DNA from: Eledone cirrhosa
Lineage: Eukaryota
NCBI GenBank assembly: GCA_964016885.1
Contig: OZ024759.1
Coordinates: 1,178,001 to 1,242,000, forward strand
Length of the DNA stretch: 64,000 bases
Direction: 5' to 3'
Shown here: piece after piece, positions 61,531 through 64,000 of the stretch
Layout: every line of letters starts with the position of its first letter
Position numbering within the stretch: position 1 is the stretch's first letter
Notes under the pieces: model-generated
The model's database searches: none
Told to the model about the DNA's origin: nothing
Seen by the model: the letters and a program-made list of their open reading frames with translations, nothing else
Program-made: the position numbers and the translations under genes

Positions 61531-64000
61531 CAGTCTATATTAGTAACATGACAAAGTCTATATTAGTAACATGACACAGTCTATATTAGTAACATGACAT
61601 AGTCTATATTAGTAACATGACAAAGTCTATATTAGTAGCATGACACAGTCTAAATTAGTAACATGACACAGTCTATATTAGTAACATGACAGTCTATATT
61701 AGTAACATGACACAGTCTATATTAGTAACATGACAAAGTCTATATTAGTAGTATGACAAAGTCTATATTAGTAACATGACAGTCTATATTAGTAACATGA
61801 CAAAGTCTATATTAGTAGCATGACAAAGTCTATATTAGTAGCATGACACAGTCTATATTAGTAACATGACACAGTCTATATTAGTAACATGACACAGTCT
61901 ATATTAGTAACATGACAAAGTCTATATTAGTAGCATGACAAAGTCTATATTAGTAACATGACAAAGTCTATATTAGTAACATGACACAGTCTATATTAGT
62001 AACATGACAAAGTCTATATTAGTAACATGACAAAGTCTATATTAGTAACATGACAGTCTATATTAGTAACATGACAAAGTCTATATTAGTAACATGACAA
62101 AGTCTCTATTAGTAACATGACAAAGTCTATATTAGTAACATGACAGTCTATATTAGTAACATGACAAAGTCTCTATTAGTAACATGACAAAGTCTATATT
62201 AGTAACATGACAGTCTATATTAGTAACATGACAAAGTCTATATTAGTAACATGACAGACTATATTGTAACATGACACAGTCTATATTAGTAACATGACAC
62301 AGTTTATATTAGTAACATGACATAGACTATATTAGTAACATGACAAAGTCTATATTAGTAACATGACAGTCTATATTGTAACATGACACAGTCTATATTA
62401 GTAACATGACACAGTCTATATTAGTAACATGACAGTCTATATTAGTAACATGACAAAGTCTATATTAGTAACATGACAAAGTCTATATTAGTAACATGAC
62501 AAAGTCTATATTAGTAACATGACAAAGTCTATATTAGTAGCATGACACAGTCTATATTAGTAACATGACAAAGTCTATATTAGTAACATGACACAGTCTA
62601 TATTAGTAACATGACAAAGTCTATATTAGTAGCATGACAAAGTCTATATTAGTAACATGACACAGTCTATATTAGTAACATGACAAAGTCTATATTAGTA
62701 ACATGACACTGTCTATATTAGTAACTTGACAAAGTCTATATTAGTAACATGACACAGTCTATATTAGTAACATGACACAGTCTATATTAGTAACATGACA
62801 AAGTCTATATTAGTAGCATGACAAAGTCTATATTAGTAACATGACAAAGTCTATATTAGTAACATGACACAGTCTATGTTAGTAACATGACAAAGTCTAT
62901 ATTAGTAACATGACACAGTCTATATTAGTAAAATGACAGTCTATATTAGTAAAATGACAGTCCATATTAGTAGCATGACAAAGTCTATATTAGTAACATG
63001 ACAAAGTCTATATTAGTAACATGACACAGTCTATATTAGTAACATGACACAGTCTATATTAGTAACATCACACAGTCTATATTAGTAACATGACAAAGTC
63101 TATATTAGTAACATGGCAAAGTCTATATTAGTAACATGACAAAGTCTATATTAGTAACATGACAAGGCCTATATTAGTAATATGACACAGTCTATATTAG
63201 TAACATGACAAAGTCTATATTAGTAACATGACAAAGTCTATATTAGTAACATGACAGTCTATATTAGTAACATGACACAGTCTATATTAGTAACATGACA
63301 AAGTCTATATTAGTAACATGACACAGTCTATATTAGTAACATGACACAGTCTATATTAGTAACATGACACAGTTTATATTAGTAACATGACAAAGTCTAT
63401 ATTAGTAACATGACAAAGTCTATATTAGTAACATGGCAGTCTATATTAGTAACATGACAAAGTCTATATTAGTAACATGACACAGTCTATATTAGTAACA
63501 TGACAAAGACTCTATTAGTAACATGACAAAGTCTATATTAGTAACATGACAGTCTATATTAGTAACATGACAAAATCTATATTAGTAACATGACAGTCTA
63601 TATTAGTAACATGACAAAGTCTATATTAGTAACATGACACAGTCTATATTAGTAACATGACATAGTCTATATTAGTAACATGACACAGTCTATATTAGTA
63701 GCATGACAAAGTCTATATTAGTAACATGACAAAGTCTATATTAGTAACATGAGAAAGTCTATATTAGTAACATGACACAGTCTATATTAGTAACATGACA
63801 AAGTCTATATTAGTAACATGACACAGTCTATATTAGTAACATGACACGGTCTATATTAGTAACATGACAAAGTCTATATTAGTAGCATGACAAAGTCTAT
63901 ATTAGTAACATGACAAAGTCTATATTAGTAACATGACACAGTCTATATTAGTAACATGACAAAGTCTATATTAGTAACATGACGGTCTATATTAGTAACA

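Larger units (their letters stand above)
1..64000. repeat. Tandem satellite array; 23-bp monomer GACA(A/C)AGTCTATATTAGTA(A/G)CAT with 21-bp and 20-bp deletion variants; about 2,800 head-to-tail copies, running off both window ends
   Basis: Directly visible: 1-23 gacacagtctatattagtaacat, 24-46 identical, 47-69 gacaaagtctatattagtaacat. The pattern continues in the same orientation to 64000 with no unique sequence. Copy number is estimated as 64000 divided by about 22.6. Confidence 0.99.

Noticed and set aside
1-64000. CRISPR or CRISPR-like repeat-spacer array
   Set aside because: Units abut directly. The variable part is only 1-3 nt from a few recurring alleles, with no unique spacers, leader or cas genes.
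1-64000. Protein-coding repeat ORF (ATG in nearly every unit on both strands)
   Set aside because: The plus strand has TAG-TAA and TGA in each unit, and the minus strand has TAA and TAG in different frames. The 23-bp period shifts frame, so every frame closes within a few units.
1-64000. Telomerase-made long telomeric repeat (Candida albicans has a 23-bp unit)
   Set aside because: There is no G-rich strand and no resemblance to that repeat. Variant patterns are inherited in multi-kb blocks, indicating recombinational amplification rather than templated addition.
1-64000. TATA/Pribnow-like promoter motifs (CTATATTA)
   Set aside because: These are an incidental part of an AT-rich monomer, with no gene or transcript context.
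1-64000. Information-bearing code in the order of AAA/ACA/A variants
   Set aside because: The order is non-random but is explained by nested duplications. Nothing in the sequence supports a functional readout.
1-64000. Embedded transposon, unique island or strand inversion
   Set aside because: None was seen on reading through. All units are in one orientation, and I did not see the reverse-complement motif atgttactaatatagac on the plus strand.
1-64000. Pure sequencing artefact (rolling-circle concatemer or noisy read)
   Set aside because: Rare variants recur faithfully at several different fixed offsets with private differences, unlike random error or a single circular template. Mis-assembly of individual near-identical duplications remains possible.

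Overview
The whole 64-kb window is one uninterrupted, single-orientation, AT-rich (about 26-30% GC per monomer) tandem satellite array. It holds roughly 2,800 copies of a 23-bp monomer, consensus GACA(A/C)AGTCTATATTAGTAACAT, with common 21-bp (GACAGTCTATATTAGTAACAT) and rarer 20-bp (GACAGTCTATATTGTAACAT) deletion variants. I see no genes, RNA genes, transposon insertions, inversions or CRISPR spacers, and I cannot assign the monomer to a named family or organism; array size and organisation suggest eukaryotic heterochromatic or (peri)centromeric satellite, which is an inference. The informative structure is the order of rare variant monomers, which reveals nested higher-order duplications. The left half has a 4,361/4,363-bp higher-order repeat (HOR) inside a 10,948-bp super-unit that recurs at an 18,749-bp offset. 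Further right are duplications at offsets of 2,113, 1,820, 1,814, 4,876/4,853 and 3,720 bp. Offsets come from hand-matched marker variants, and boundaries are approximate to about one monomer. I found no evidence for a novel protein- or RNA-coding system here.
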